Source: Bacteroidales bacterium (lineage in GTDB: Bacteria > Bacteroidota > Bacteroidia > Bacteroidales > UBA1402). Taken from it: DNA of 64,000 bases. Of the stretch, positions 46,015 to 53,816 are shown in pieces; the stretch's first letter is position 1, and each line of letters opens with the position of its first letter. The stretch lies in assembly GCA_017446025.1 (NCBI GenBank), contig JAFSRR010000091.1, positions 8,661 to 72,660 of the forward strand, in the 5' to 3' direction. The translations under genes and the position numbers were made by a program. Below the pieces are notes generated by a model that saw only the letters and a list, made by a program, of their open reading frames with translations, searched no databases and was not told the origin of the DNA.

Positions 46015-47193
46015 TTAAGCAAGGCTGCTGTCAAGCAGGTTTTTGAGAGCTGCTTTGTCGAGATGCTGTCCGATGAACACCAGCTTGATCATACGGTCGC
46101 CATAGACCGGATCCCACTCCTCGCGCAATTTGCGGTCACGGGCCAGCATTTCCTGGATCTCGTCGTCGCGCATGGTGGCATACCACAGCCCGGCGTCGCG
46201 CAGGATTTTCTGGCGGCCGGCCTGCTCGAAGAGCCAGCATTTGCCCGTGTCGTCCGAGAAATAGCACAGGCCCTTGCAGCGGATGATGTTTTTGGGCCAG
46301 CGACGTCCCAGCAGGTCGTCGAACTTGTTCATGTCCAGGGGCCGGCGGTCGGTATAGACGTAGGTGTCGATGCCATACTCCAGGGCTTCGCCTTCTTCCT
46401 CGTCTTCGTCTTCCTCGCCCTCGATGGCGGCAATCCAGGCAGCCGAGGTGGCCACCCGTTCGAAATCGAACAGACCGGTATAAATGATTTCATCCAAATC
46501 GATGTTGCCGTAGTCGCAAGCCAGGATCCTGGCGCCGGGGTTGATGCTGGCCACAATACTGTGCAGCTTGCCCAGTTCATCGGCCGTCAGTTCGGAAGCC
46601 TTGTTGAGCAGGATGATGTTGCAGAATTCTATTTGTTCGATCACCAGGCGTTCCAGGTCGTCGTCTTCGATGCCTTCTCGATGGAGTGCATCGCCTCCTT
46701 CAAACTCGTCCTTCATGCGCAGGGCGTCCACGATGGTGGTGATGCAATCGACATACGGCAGGTTGTCCATGGCATATTGCGGCCCGAGTTGCGGGATGGT
46801 GCTGATGGTCTGGGCGATGGGGGCCGGCTCGCAGATGCCGCTGGCCTCAATGACGATATAGTCGAAACGGGCCGAAGAGGTCAGCTCGGAGAGTTGGGCC
46901 ACCAGGTCCATTTTGAGCGTGCAGCAGATGCAGCCGTTCTGAAGGGCGACCAGGCTGTCGTCGGTCTGTCCGACGATACCGCCCTTCTCTATGAGGTCGG
47001 CATCGATGTTCACCTCGCCGATGTCATTGACTATCACGGCAAACTTGATGCCTTTTTTGTTGGACAGGATACGGTTGAGCAGCGTGGTTTTGCCGCTGCC
47101 CAGATAACCGGTCAGCAAGAGGACCGGGATTTGTTTCTTTTCTAATTGTATATTCATTGTCAATTGGGATGATACAGTCGTCTGACTTGTCAT
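46015..47193 (-). CDS. COG0523-family GTPase (CobW/ZigA/YeiR-like metallochaperone)
   Basis: Walker A LLTGYLGSGKTTLLNRIL, metal-binding GCICCTL, an acidic insert EGEEDEDEEEGE, and a CobW C-terminal domain. The ATG overlaps the upstream stop (ATGA). An alternative ATG lies at 47157. Confidence 0.85.
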   Translation of the reverse strand: MTSQTTVSSQLTMNIQLEKKQIPVLLLTGYLGSGKTTLLNRILSNKKGIKFAVIVNDIGEVNIDADLIEKGGIVGQTDDSLVALQNGCICCTLKMDLVAQLSELTSSARFDYIVIEASGICEPAPIAQTISTIPQLGPQYAMDNLPYVDCITTIVDALRMKDEFEGGDALHREGIEDDDLERLVIEQIEFCNIILLNKASELTADELGKLHSIVASINPGARILACDYGNIDLDEIIYTGLFDFERVATSAAWIAAIEGEEDEDEEEGEALEYGIDTYVYTDRRPLDMNKFDDLLGRRWPKNIIRCKGLCYFSDDTGKCWLFEQAGRQKILRDAGLWYATMRDDEIQEMLARDRKLREEWDPVYGDRMIKLVFIGQHLDKAALKNLLDSSLA

Positions 47194-48680
47194 TCGTCAG
47201 TCTTTTCGCATAGCAGGATGACCAGATGGTCGCCTACTTTCAGCCGCATGCTGCCGTGCGGCGACAGGAATTCGTCGCCCCGTCTGACCATGATGACCCG
47301 GATGCCGTGCGGCAGGCTCAGTTCGCGCAAGGTACGGCCCAGTTCAAGGTCTTCTTCAGTGACGACATGATCGGTCAGCATTCCTATTTCCTCGGGGACC
47401 TCGATGCCATAGGTCTGGGCCTTTCCCAGTTCCACATCATCCACCTTCAGCAGTCTGGCCACAGCCGGCAGGCTCATTCCCTGTAAAAGTTGCGACAAGA
47501 GGGTGACGACAAAGACGATATTGAATATTTCCACAGAGCCCGGCAGCCCCGCCACAAGCGGGCACATGGCAAACAGGATCGGGCCGGCCCCCTTGATGCC
47601 CACCCAGGAAACCATGGCCTTGGCCCTGACCGGCAGACGGCGATAGGGAAGCAGACTGAGGAACACACTGAGCGGTCGGGCGACGAAAATCATGAACACA
47701 CCTATCATCAGGGCGGGGACGATGATCGACGGGAACTGCGAGGGACGGACCAGCAAGCCCAGCATGAGGAACATCAGCAGCTGGACCAGCCACGTGATGC
47801 CGTCCATAAACTTGAGGATTTCCTTCTTGTGCGGGATCTTGGCTTGATTGCCGATAATGATGGCCGTCACATATAGGGCCAGCAGTCCGTTGCCGTGCAA
47901 AAATGAGGCTGCGCCATTGGTGAAGATGCCTATGCTCAGTATCATCACGGCATACAGAGGACTTCCTTCCAGGCGGATGTGACACAACAGCCACTTGGCG
48001 GCATAGCCCATCCCGACACCTATCACCAAACCGACCACAATCTGCAGCAGAAGCAGCAGGACGCCCGTCAGGGCAAAGGCCGTGGAATCTTTGCCTTCCT
48101 GCACGAATTTCAACAGATTGACCATGAAAATGGTCATGATGTAGGCGATGGAGTCGTTGCTGCCCGACTCTATTTCCAGCATCGGACCCAGATTGTATTT
48201 GAGATGCATCCGCCGGCTGCGCAAAACGGAAAACACCGAAGCCGAGTCGGTCGAAGACATCACCACGGCCACCGTCAGGCAGCCGGCCATGCTTGCCCAC
48301 AGACCGCCCAGCATCCGGGCTGTAAAGTGATAGATGAAGCCGCCCGTCAGGAAGGCCGTCAGCAATACTCCCAGCGTTGAGAGCAGCGCTCCTTTGCCCA
48401 TGACAGGCCGGGATTCCTTCATGTCTGTTTCCAGTCCGCCGGTCAGCAGGATGACCGTCATGGCGAAATGACCGATAAACTCAGCTATCTCGTAATTCTC
48501 GAAATGGATTCCCATTCCGTCCGGCCCGGCCAGCATACCGACCGCCACAAAGAGCAACAATGTCGGGACACCGAAACGATAGCCTATCTTCGAAACCAGC
48601 AATGCAGCGAAGACAAGCACCGAGACAAGCAGGAGCAAGTTGTCGGAGAGCAGGGAAAAAGACAAAACAGACAACAGCAT
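47190..48680 (-). CDS. K+/H+ (cation/proton) antiporter, CPA1 NhaP2/CvrA-like, with a C-terminal TrkA-C domain
   Basis: 496 aa with about 12 TM segments, followed by ...VVTEEDLELGRTLRELSLPHGIRVIMVRRGDEFLSPHGSMRLKVGDHLVIL (RCK_C/TrkA-C). Confidence 0.8.
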   Translation of the reverse strand: MLLSVLSFSLLSDNLLLLVSVLVFAALLVSKIGYRFGVPTLLLFVAVGMLAGPDGMGIHFENYEIAEFIGHFAMTVILLTGGLETDMKESRPVMGKGALLSTLGVLLTAFLTGGFIYHFTARMLGGLWASMAGCLTVAVVMSSTDSASVFSVLRSRRMHLKYNLGPMLEIESGSNDSIAYIMTIFMVNLLKFVQEGKDSTAFALTGVLLLLLQIVVGLVIGVGMGYAAKWLLCHIRLEGSPLYAVMILSIGIFTNGAASFLHGNGLLALYVTAIIIGNQAKIPHKKEILKFMDGITWLVQLLMFLMLGLLVRPSQFPSIIVPALMIGVFMIFVARPLSVFLSLLPYRRLPVRAKAMVSWVGIKGAGPILFAMCPLVAGLPGSVEIFNIVFVVTLLSQLLQGMSLPAVARLLKVDDVELGKAQTYGIEVPEEIGMLTDHVVTEEDLELGRTLRELSLPHGIRVIMVRRGDEFLSPHGSMRLKVGDHLVILLCEKTDE

Positions 48681-48697
48681 ATAGTATCAGCTTGCAG

Positions 48698-49006
48698 CTA
48701 TGCTTTTTCAACTTCGAAGAGATTGAGGAAACCGGTCATCATGAAGACCTTGCGGATATCCTCGTTCATATTGCGGATGATCACCCTGCCGCCTCTGGCC
48801 GATGCCGCCTTGCGAATGGTCAGGAAAATCCTGAGACCGGAACTGCTGATATACTCCATCTGTGAGCAATCCAGCACGACGGTCAAATCGGCATGGTCGA
48901 TCAGGGGTTGTACCTGACGCGATACCTCCAGGGAGGCAGGAGTGTCCAGACGGCCGATGAACTGGGCCGTTATCACCTTCTCTACTTGATTGATTTTTAC
49001 TTCCAT
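48698..49006 (-). CDS. STAS-domain anti-sigma-factor antagonist-like protein (SpoIIAA/RsbV type)
   Basis: 102 aa: ...VVLDCSQMEYISSSGLRIFLTIRKAA...GGRVIIRNMNEDIRKVFMMTGFLNLFEV. The conserved phosphorylatable Ser context (YISSSGL) is present. Confidence 0.85.
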   Translation of the reverse strand: MEVKINQVEKVITAQFIGRLDTPASLEVSRQVQPLIDHADLTVVLDCSQMEYISSSGLRIFLTIRKAASARGGRVIIRNMNEDIRKVFMMTGFLNLFEVEKA

Positions 49007-49007
49007 A

Positions 49008-51206
49008 TTATTGAATCCTTTTGGTCATTGACAAAATGTTCTTGGCTTCGGCCCGTTCGTAACGGACATCGTCCATAATATTGCGCACCAGATAGATACC
49101 CAGTCCACCGATGGCCCGTTCCTCGACACCCAAAGTGGTATCGACCTCCGGTGCCTGAGTCGGATCGAAGGGCTTGCCGCTGTCGGTGATGATGAAATCC
49201 AGGCGGTCGTGACGGATGATGGCCTCAATGTCGACCAGTCCGTCGGATCCTTCGGGATAGGCATACATAATCACGTTGGAAACCGCTTCTTCGAGTGCCA
49301 GGTTCAGGCTCATGGCCAGTGACTGGTCCAAGTGGATTTCATCGGCAATGGCCTCTATGAAACCAGCCAACTGCGGTATCTGCTGAATATCGTTGTGCAG
49401 GATCAGATGACGTTCCGCCCTGTCGGGCAACGACTCGTTCATATAGCGGAGATAAAGCATTGTCAAATCATCGCTCTGCGGCGCGTCACCGACAAATTCC
49501 ATCACAGACTGCGAAACAGCCTTGAGTTGGGATTCGGCCAATGAATCGCTCCGAAGCAGGGCTATCAGCCGGTCGTCACCGAAGAGTTCATGCCCGGCGT
49601 TCTCGGCCTCGGTCAGGCCGTCGGTGTAGCAGAACAGTCCGTCCTGGCATGCCAGGTCTGTTTCCTGCTCCTGGAAAGACGTGCCCGGCATGACACCCAG
49701 CGGCAGGTTGGACACAACGGGCAATTCACGCACTCCCTGGCCTGTCACCAGCAAGGGAGCGTTGTGACCGGCGTTGCAATAGCGCAGATGGCCGTTGCCC
49801 AGATCCAGCACACCGGTGAAGAAAGTGACAAACATGTTGCTTTCGTTCATGTCGGACATGGAGTCGTTCATGATGGTCACGATGCGTTGCGGGCTCTTCT
49901 CGTGGGCCGAAACCGTACGGAACAGACGGCGCGTGACGGCCATCACCAGAGAAGCAGGCACACCCTTGCCCGACACATCGCCGATGCAGAAATAGAGTTT
50001 TTCCTCGCGGATATAGAAATCATAGAGGTCGCCGCCCACCTCCTTGGCCGGGACGATGGAGGCATACATATCGATATCCTTGCGTTCGGGGAAGGGCGGG
50101 AAAATCTTGGGAATCATCGACATCTGTATACCGCGACCGATTTTCAGCTCGCTTTCCATACGCTCCTTGTTCTCGGACAGTTTTTTGAACTTCAGCTGAC
50201 TCTTGATTGAAGAACGCAGGATAAGTATCAGCATGAGGATACCCACCAGCTGGAGTACTTTGACCATCATGCCGATACGACGGATACCGCCGTAAATCTC
50301 GCTGTCGGGGATGACAATGGACATCGACCAGCCGGTCTTCTCTACCGGGGCATAGAAGACATAATTGGTCGTTTTCCGGTACTTCAGGCTGAGATTGCCC
50401 GTCTCACCAGCCATCATCGACCGGTTGAGCTCGTCGAAAACGTCCCCACCTTCCATGTCGGCGGCCACTTCCTGGGCCCGTCGCGACATGATGAGCGACT
50501 CGACCGGGCAGACCATGATCTGGCCCGTACGGCTGATCATCATGCTGAAAGCGTTGGGATAGACTTCCACATTGCCTACCAGATCGGTGAGCCAGTCGAG
50601 CGAGATGTCGGCCGTCAATACGGCGGCCAGCCGGCCTTTGTAGTCCCACAAGGGCATCGAATAGGTGGTCATCAGGATATCACCGCCCCCTTCGTCCACA
50701 TAGGGTTCCGACCAATAGCCGGCCTGCAGTTCCAAGGGCTTGACGAACCATTCCTGGGAAGGGTAATCGTAGGCCTCGGTGGCCAGTTGGCGGTAATGCA
50801 CTTCATTCTCACCGGGCATCTGGTAGGAATAGGGCGAGAAAAGCGGCCGGGAAGGAAGATAGCCGGGCACCAGGGCGATGGTCGAACCGACCACCACGGG
50901 GTTTTCGCACACAATGCGCCGGGTCACTGCCACCATGCTATCGGGATAGCCCAGACTCCACTGGGCAATCCAGACACTGTTTCGAACTGCCGTCTCGGCT
51001 TCGTCTATCACCGCAGATATTTTCAAGCGCGTGGATTCCAACTGGCTTTGCGCCCTGAGGGAAGCCTCCTCGCGGATGCCTTTCTGAGAAAAATAATACT
51101 GGACCAGCGCTGTCGCCTCCAGGGTGACGATGGCCACCACGATAAGCAGCAGACCGGTTTTGGAAGCCTGACGGAGGAAAGATTTGTTTTCTATTCCCTT
51201 CTTCAT
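49008..51206 (-). CDS. Membrane sensor fusion: periplasmic Cache-like domain, PP2C (SpoIIE) phosphatase, and RsbW/SpoIIAB-type HATPase serine kinase
   Basis: TM1 (LLLIVVAIVTLEATALV), a ~270-aa extracytoplasmic region with YWSEPYVDEGGGDILMTTYSMPLWD (Cache-like), and TM2 (VLQLVGILMLILIL). The PP2C core shows VGGDLYDF...FCIGDVSGKGVPASL...FFTGVLD...NAGHN...TDGLTEA...QSDDLTML. The C-terminal LALEEAVSNVIMYAY...ITDSGKPFDP...GGLGIYLVRNIMD is a GHKL kinase domain. Confidence 0.85.
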   Translation of the reverse strand: MKKGIENKSFLRQASKTGLLLIVVAIVTLEATALVQYYFSQKGIREEASLRAQSQLESTRLKISAVIDEAETAVRNSVWIAQWSLGYPDSMVAVTRRIVCENPVVVGSTIALVPGYLPSRPLFSPYSYQMPGENEVHYRQLATEAYDYPSQEWFVKPLELQAGYWSEPYVDEGGGDILMTTYSMPLWDYKGRLAAVLTADISLDWLTDLVGNVEVYPNAFSMMISRTGQIMVCPVESLIMSRRAQEVAADMEGGDVFDELNRSMMAGETGNLSLKYRKTTNYVFYAPVEKTGWSMSIVIPDSEIYGGIRRIGMMVKVLQLVGILMLILILRSSIKSQLKFKKLSENKERMESELKIGRGIQMSMIPKIFPPFPERKDIDMYASIVPAKEVGGDLYDFYIREEKLYFCIGDVSGKGVPASLVMAVTRRLFRTVSAHEKSPQRIVTIMNDSMSDMNESNMFVTFFTGVLDLGNGHLRYCNAGHNAPLLVTGQGVRELPVVSNLPLGVMPGTSFQEQETDLACQDGLFCYTDGLTEAENAGHELFGDDRLIALLRSDSLAESQLKAVSQSVMEFVGDAPQSDDLTMLYLRYMNESLPDRAERHLILHNDIQQIPQLAGFIEAIADEIHLDQSLAMSLNLALEEAVSNVIMYAYPEGSDGLVDIEAIIRHDRLDFIITDSGKPFDPTQAPEVDTTLGVEERAIGGLGIYLVRNIMDDVRYERAEAKNILSMTKRIQ

Positions 51207-52033
51207 ATAATAGTATTTAAAGCTACCCGGAGTTCCGGCATCGGACGACGGGTATCACGTTCTACCATGATGGTTTTCAGACCGGCATAGGGCCGGACTT
51301 CTTCTTCTATGTCCTTTAGCGGACGGCCAGGGCCGAAATACTCGGCGGCAAAAGCCTCCCAGAAAGAGGCAGCCGTCGCATTGTCCATATGGAATGCTTC
51401 GCGAGTGTAATCGGGGGTATTGAGCCGGCCGGTCATATAGACCATGCCGATATCGAAAAGCGGACAACCGTGGCAAAAGTCGCCCAGATCGATAAAATAG
51501 CGCTTGTCTCCGGCAAAGACGGCATTGCCGAAATGCAAGTCGCCGTGCAGGGCGGTCTCTGCCTCGGGCACTTCGTCGATGAAGCGCAGCAATTTGTCTT
51601 TTTCCCCAACGGTGAAAAAAGGATTGTCGACCAGCATCCGGGCATAGCGGTCTTTTTCGGATTCAAACTGGGAGGTATCGACCCGGGTGGCATGCAGTTG
51701 ACGGCACATGGCAGCAAATGAGGCGGCATATTCACCCATCCGGGAGGGGTCTTCGCTGACCGCCCGGGCAAAAGATTTTTTGCCGATTATCCGCTGGAAG
51801 CGTATGCCGTAGCGGCCGTCCGCTGTCACCACATAGTTGCCCGGCTCAGGGGTGGAAATGCCGGCATCATAGACTTTGCGCGCCATCAATAGCTCGTTGA
51901 GCGGCTGATGTGTCCGGTCCGGGAAATAGAGTTTGAGCATGATCCCCGGGGCGGAGCGATGGTAGTAGCTCTCGCCGTTGGATCCTGCACCGGCCAGCAC
52001 ATAATCGTTGATGTCTATCCGCTCGGCTTCCAT
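51203..52033 (-). CDS. APH-fold phosphotransferase (aminoglycoside/choline-kinase-like small-molecule kinase family)
   Basis: MEAERIDINDYVLAGAGSNGESYY..., the catalytic loop LHGDLHFGNAVF, and the metal-binding FIDLGDF. The stop overlaps the downstream ATG (ATGA). The start is taken at the ATG at 52033. Confidence 0.7.
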   Translation of the reverse strand: MEAERIDINDYVLAGAGSNGESYYHRSAPGIMLKLYFPDRTHQPLNELLMARKVYDAGISTPEPGNYVVTADGRYGIRFQRIIGKKSFARAVSEDPSRMGEYAASFAAMCRQLHATRVDTSQFESEKDRYARMLVDNPFFTVGEKDKLLRFIDEVPEAETALHGDLHFGNAVFAGDKRYFIDLGDFCHGCPLFDIGMVYMTGRLNTPDYTREAFHMDNATAASFWEAFAAEYFGPGRPLKDIEEEVRPYAGLKTIMVERDTRRPMPELRVALNTII

Positions 52034-52035
52034 AA

Positions 52036-52605
52036 CTAGTCTCGTTTGCCAAAAACCTCGTCGATCAGGCGCTGGAACTCCTGAAATGCAAAAGTGTCCT
52101 CCAATTCGCGCAATGAGTCGGCCAGGCCGCGGTAATGCCATTCATGCTCAGCTTTGTCCCTGACATGGAAAATCTGCCACACATTGTCGCCCTGCAACGC
52201 ATAGTCGCGGGCGATGGCCCGCATATTGGACAGTTTGTCGCCCAGGGCCACCATCTTGACTTCACGGGAAGCCTTGGCCAGCTTGTCGATGGCGGCCTGC
52301 TTGCGCAGGTGCCAGTTTTCCCAATAGTTGCAGTTCTCCACCACAATGTCGCTTTCGGCGACCACCAGATCGGCAATGCGTTCGCCAAAGACAACGGACA
52401 ACTCTTCTTCTGTGACGCGGGTATCCTCCAACACGTCGTGCAGGGCGGCCGCGGCCAACAGTTCCTGGTCGGATGTCATGGTCGAGACAATCGACACGGC
52501 CTCCATGGGATGGACGATGTAGGGGAAACCTTTGCCCCGGCGCTCAGCGCCGGAGTGGGCCCGGACCGCAAAAACGATGGCCAGATCCAGCAATTTTGTA
52601 TTCAT
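52036..52605 (-). CDS. HD-domain small alarmone hydrolase (SpoT/Mesh1-type (p)ppGpp hydrolase domain only)
   Basis: ...AHSGAERRGKGFPYIVHPMEAVSIVS...LLAAAALHDVLEDT...VVAESD...KMVALGDKLSNMR are canonical RelA/SpoT hydrolase-domain motifs (HP...V, HDxxEDT). Position 52617 is a GTG, so the ATG at 52605 is preferred. Confidence 0.8.
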   Translation of the reverse strand: MNTKLLDLAIVFAVRAHSGAERRGKGFPYIVHPMEAVSIVSTMTSDQELLAAAALHDVLEDTRVTEEELSVVFGERIADLVVAESDIVVENCNYWENWHLRKQAAIDKLAKASREVKMVALGDKLSNMRAIARDYALQGDNVWQIFHVRDKAEHEWHYRGLADSLRELEDTFAFQEFQRLIDEVFGKRD

Positions 52606-52636
52606 CTTCTTTTTCACCGCGATATAGTTGTATCAG

Positions 52637-53701
52637 CTATTCGGAAGCATGCATGAAAGGCAGGTCCTTGGTCTGTTCGACCAGAAAAGCCGCCATCTCC
52701 TCATTCATTTCCGAAGGTCCGTTGAGGATGTCCAGCATATATTTCAAGCCGCCCCGGCCGCCGCCGTTGCGCAGGATGAAGGCCGTGCACAGGTGCTGGG
52801 GGCCGATCGACGAAGAAACGATGTCCAGGTCGGTCAGGCCGATCTGGTAGCAGGCAATCTGATAGGCTGCTTCCGAGTTGTCCTTGATCAATTTGGCGAT
52901 ATCACCCAGGGTCTTACAGCCCAATCCTTTGAATACAGGCAGATAGCCCATCAGTGAAACCTCTTGTATTTCGGCCTGGTTGACCGCAGCGATACGCTTG
53001 TTGAGTTTGGCAAAGGGATTCAGCGACAGATAATTGCGGAAGGAATCGCCATCGAGCAGCACTTCGTCCAGATTGCCCGATGCCACCAGGGCCTGCACCC
53101 GGCGGCGATAGTCGTTGAGTTCAGTACGGATACGGCTGAACTGTTCGTCGGCCATCTCCAGCATACCGGCCAGGCGGCTCATGTTGCGCAGGTACTCGCG
53201 CGGCACTTCGACACCCGATTTATAGCCTGTGTCGTGGTTAAGATTGGCCCAGGCATGCTGCAGGACCGTACGCATCTGGATTTCGAAACGATAGGGGAAA
53301 CCCTTCTTGCGACAGATATAGTGCAGCGACATGTAGCCGAAAGAATCGATCTCGTGGATTTTTCGCTTGTCGACCGACTCATCCCAATCCACTTCGAACA
53401 GACGTTCGACGGCCGAAGCCACCTTGTCGACATCGTCGATGTAGAATGTAATCACACGCAATCCGAGGATGTCGGTGATATCGGCCAGGCTGCTGTATTT
53501 GCTACCCTTCAACTCCAATTTGCCGGCCAGGGAGCCTTCGGCCTTGACCCGTGCCTCGACCGAAGCCACAATGATGCCGGCCCCATCGAGCGTGGAGCGC
53601 AACAGGTCTAGCACTTCGTTTTTAACACTCTCAAACTGAGGAAGATGCTGACGATATTCTTCCAGAATTGCCTCGCAATGGGCGTCCAGTGTCCTTGTCA
53701 T
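52637..53701 (-). CDS. Small alarmone synthetase (RelA/SpoT-type nucleotide pyrophosphokinase domain) with a ~150-aa C-terminal extension of unknown function
   Basis: Synthetase motifs RVKAEGSLAGKLELKG, DILGLRVITFY, GYMSLHYI and EIQMRTVLQHAWANLNHD are present. Residues ~205-354 match no motif I recognise. Position 53707 is a TTG; an ATG lies at 53701. Confidence 0.85.
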   Translation of the reverse strand: MTRTLDAHCEAILEEYRQHLPQFESVKNEVLDLLRSTLDGAGIIVASVEARVKAEGSLAGKLELKGSKYSSLADITDILGLRVITFYIDDVDKVASAVERLFEVDWDESVDKRKIHEIDSFGYMSLHYICRKKGFPYRFEIQMRTVLQHAWANLNHDTGYKSGVEVPREYLRNMSRLAGMLEMADEQFSRIRTELNDYRRRVQALVASGNLDEVLLDGDSFRNYLSLNPFAKLNKRIAAVNQAEIQEVSLMGYLPVFKGLGCKTLGDIAKLIKDNSEAAYQIACYQIGLTDLDIVSSSIGPQHLCTAFILRNGGGRGGLKYMLDILNGPSEMNEEMAAFLVEQTKDLPFMHASE

Positions 53702-53724
53702 ATCCAATCGGCTGAGTTAGCTTG

Positions 53725-53732
53725 CAAAGCTA
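53725..53732 (-). promoter_or_regulatory. -7 box (TAGCTTTG on the minus strand) at the head of the SAS operon
   Basis: The plus strand reads caaagcta, about 24 nt upstream of the ATG at 53701. It lies within a near-palindrome TTAGCTTGCAAAGCTAA. Confidence 0.45.
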
Positions 53733-53774
53733 ATGTTTTTCTCCCATCCGTCAAAGCCGAACAAAAGGATTTCG

Positions 53775-53782
53775 TACATTTG
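53775..53782 (+). promoter_or_regulatory. -7 box TACATTTG for the divergent HD-domain gene
   Basis: TAnnTTTG match 35 nt upstream of the ATG at 53817. Confidence 0.45.
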
Positions 53783-53816
53783 CAGACCGGTCGCGTCGCA
53801 GCCGCCGGCACAGCTT

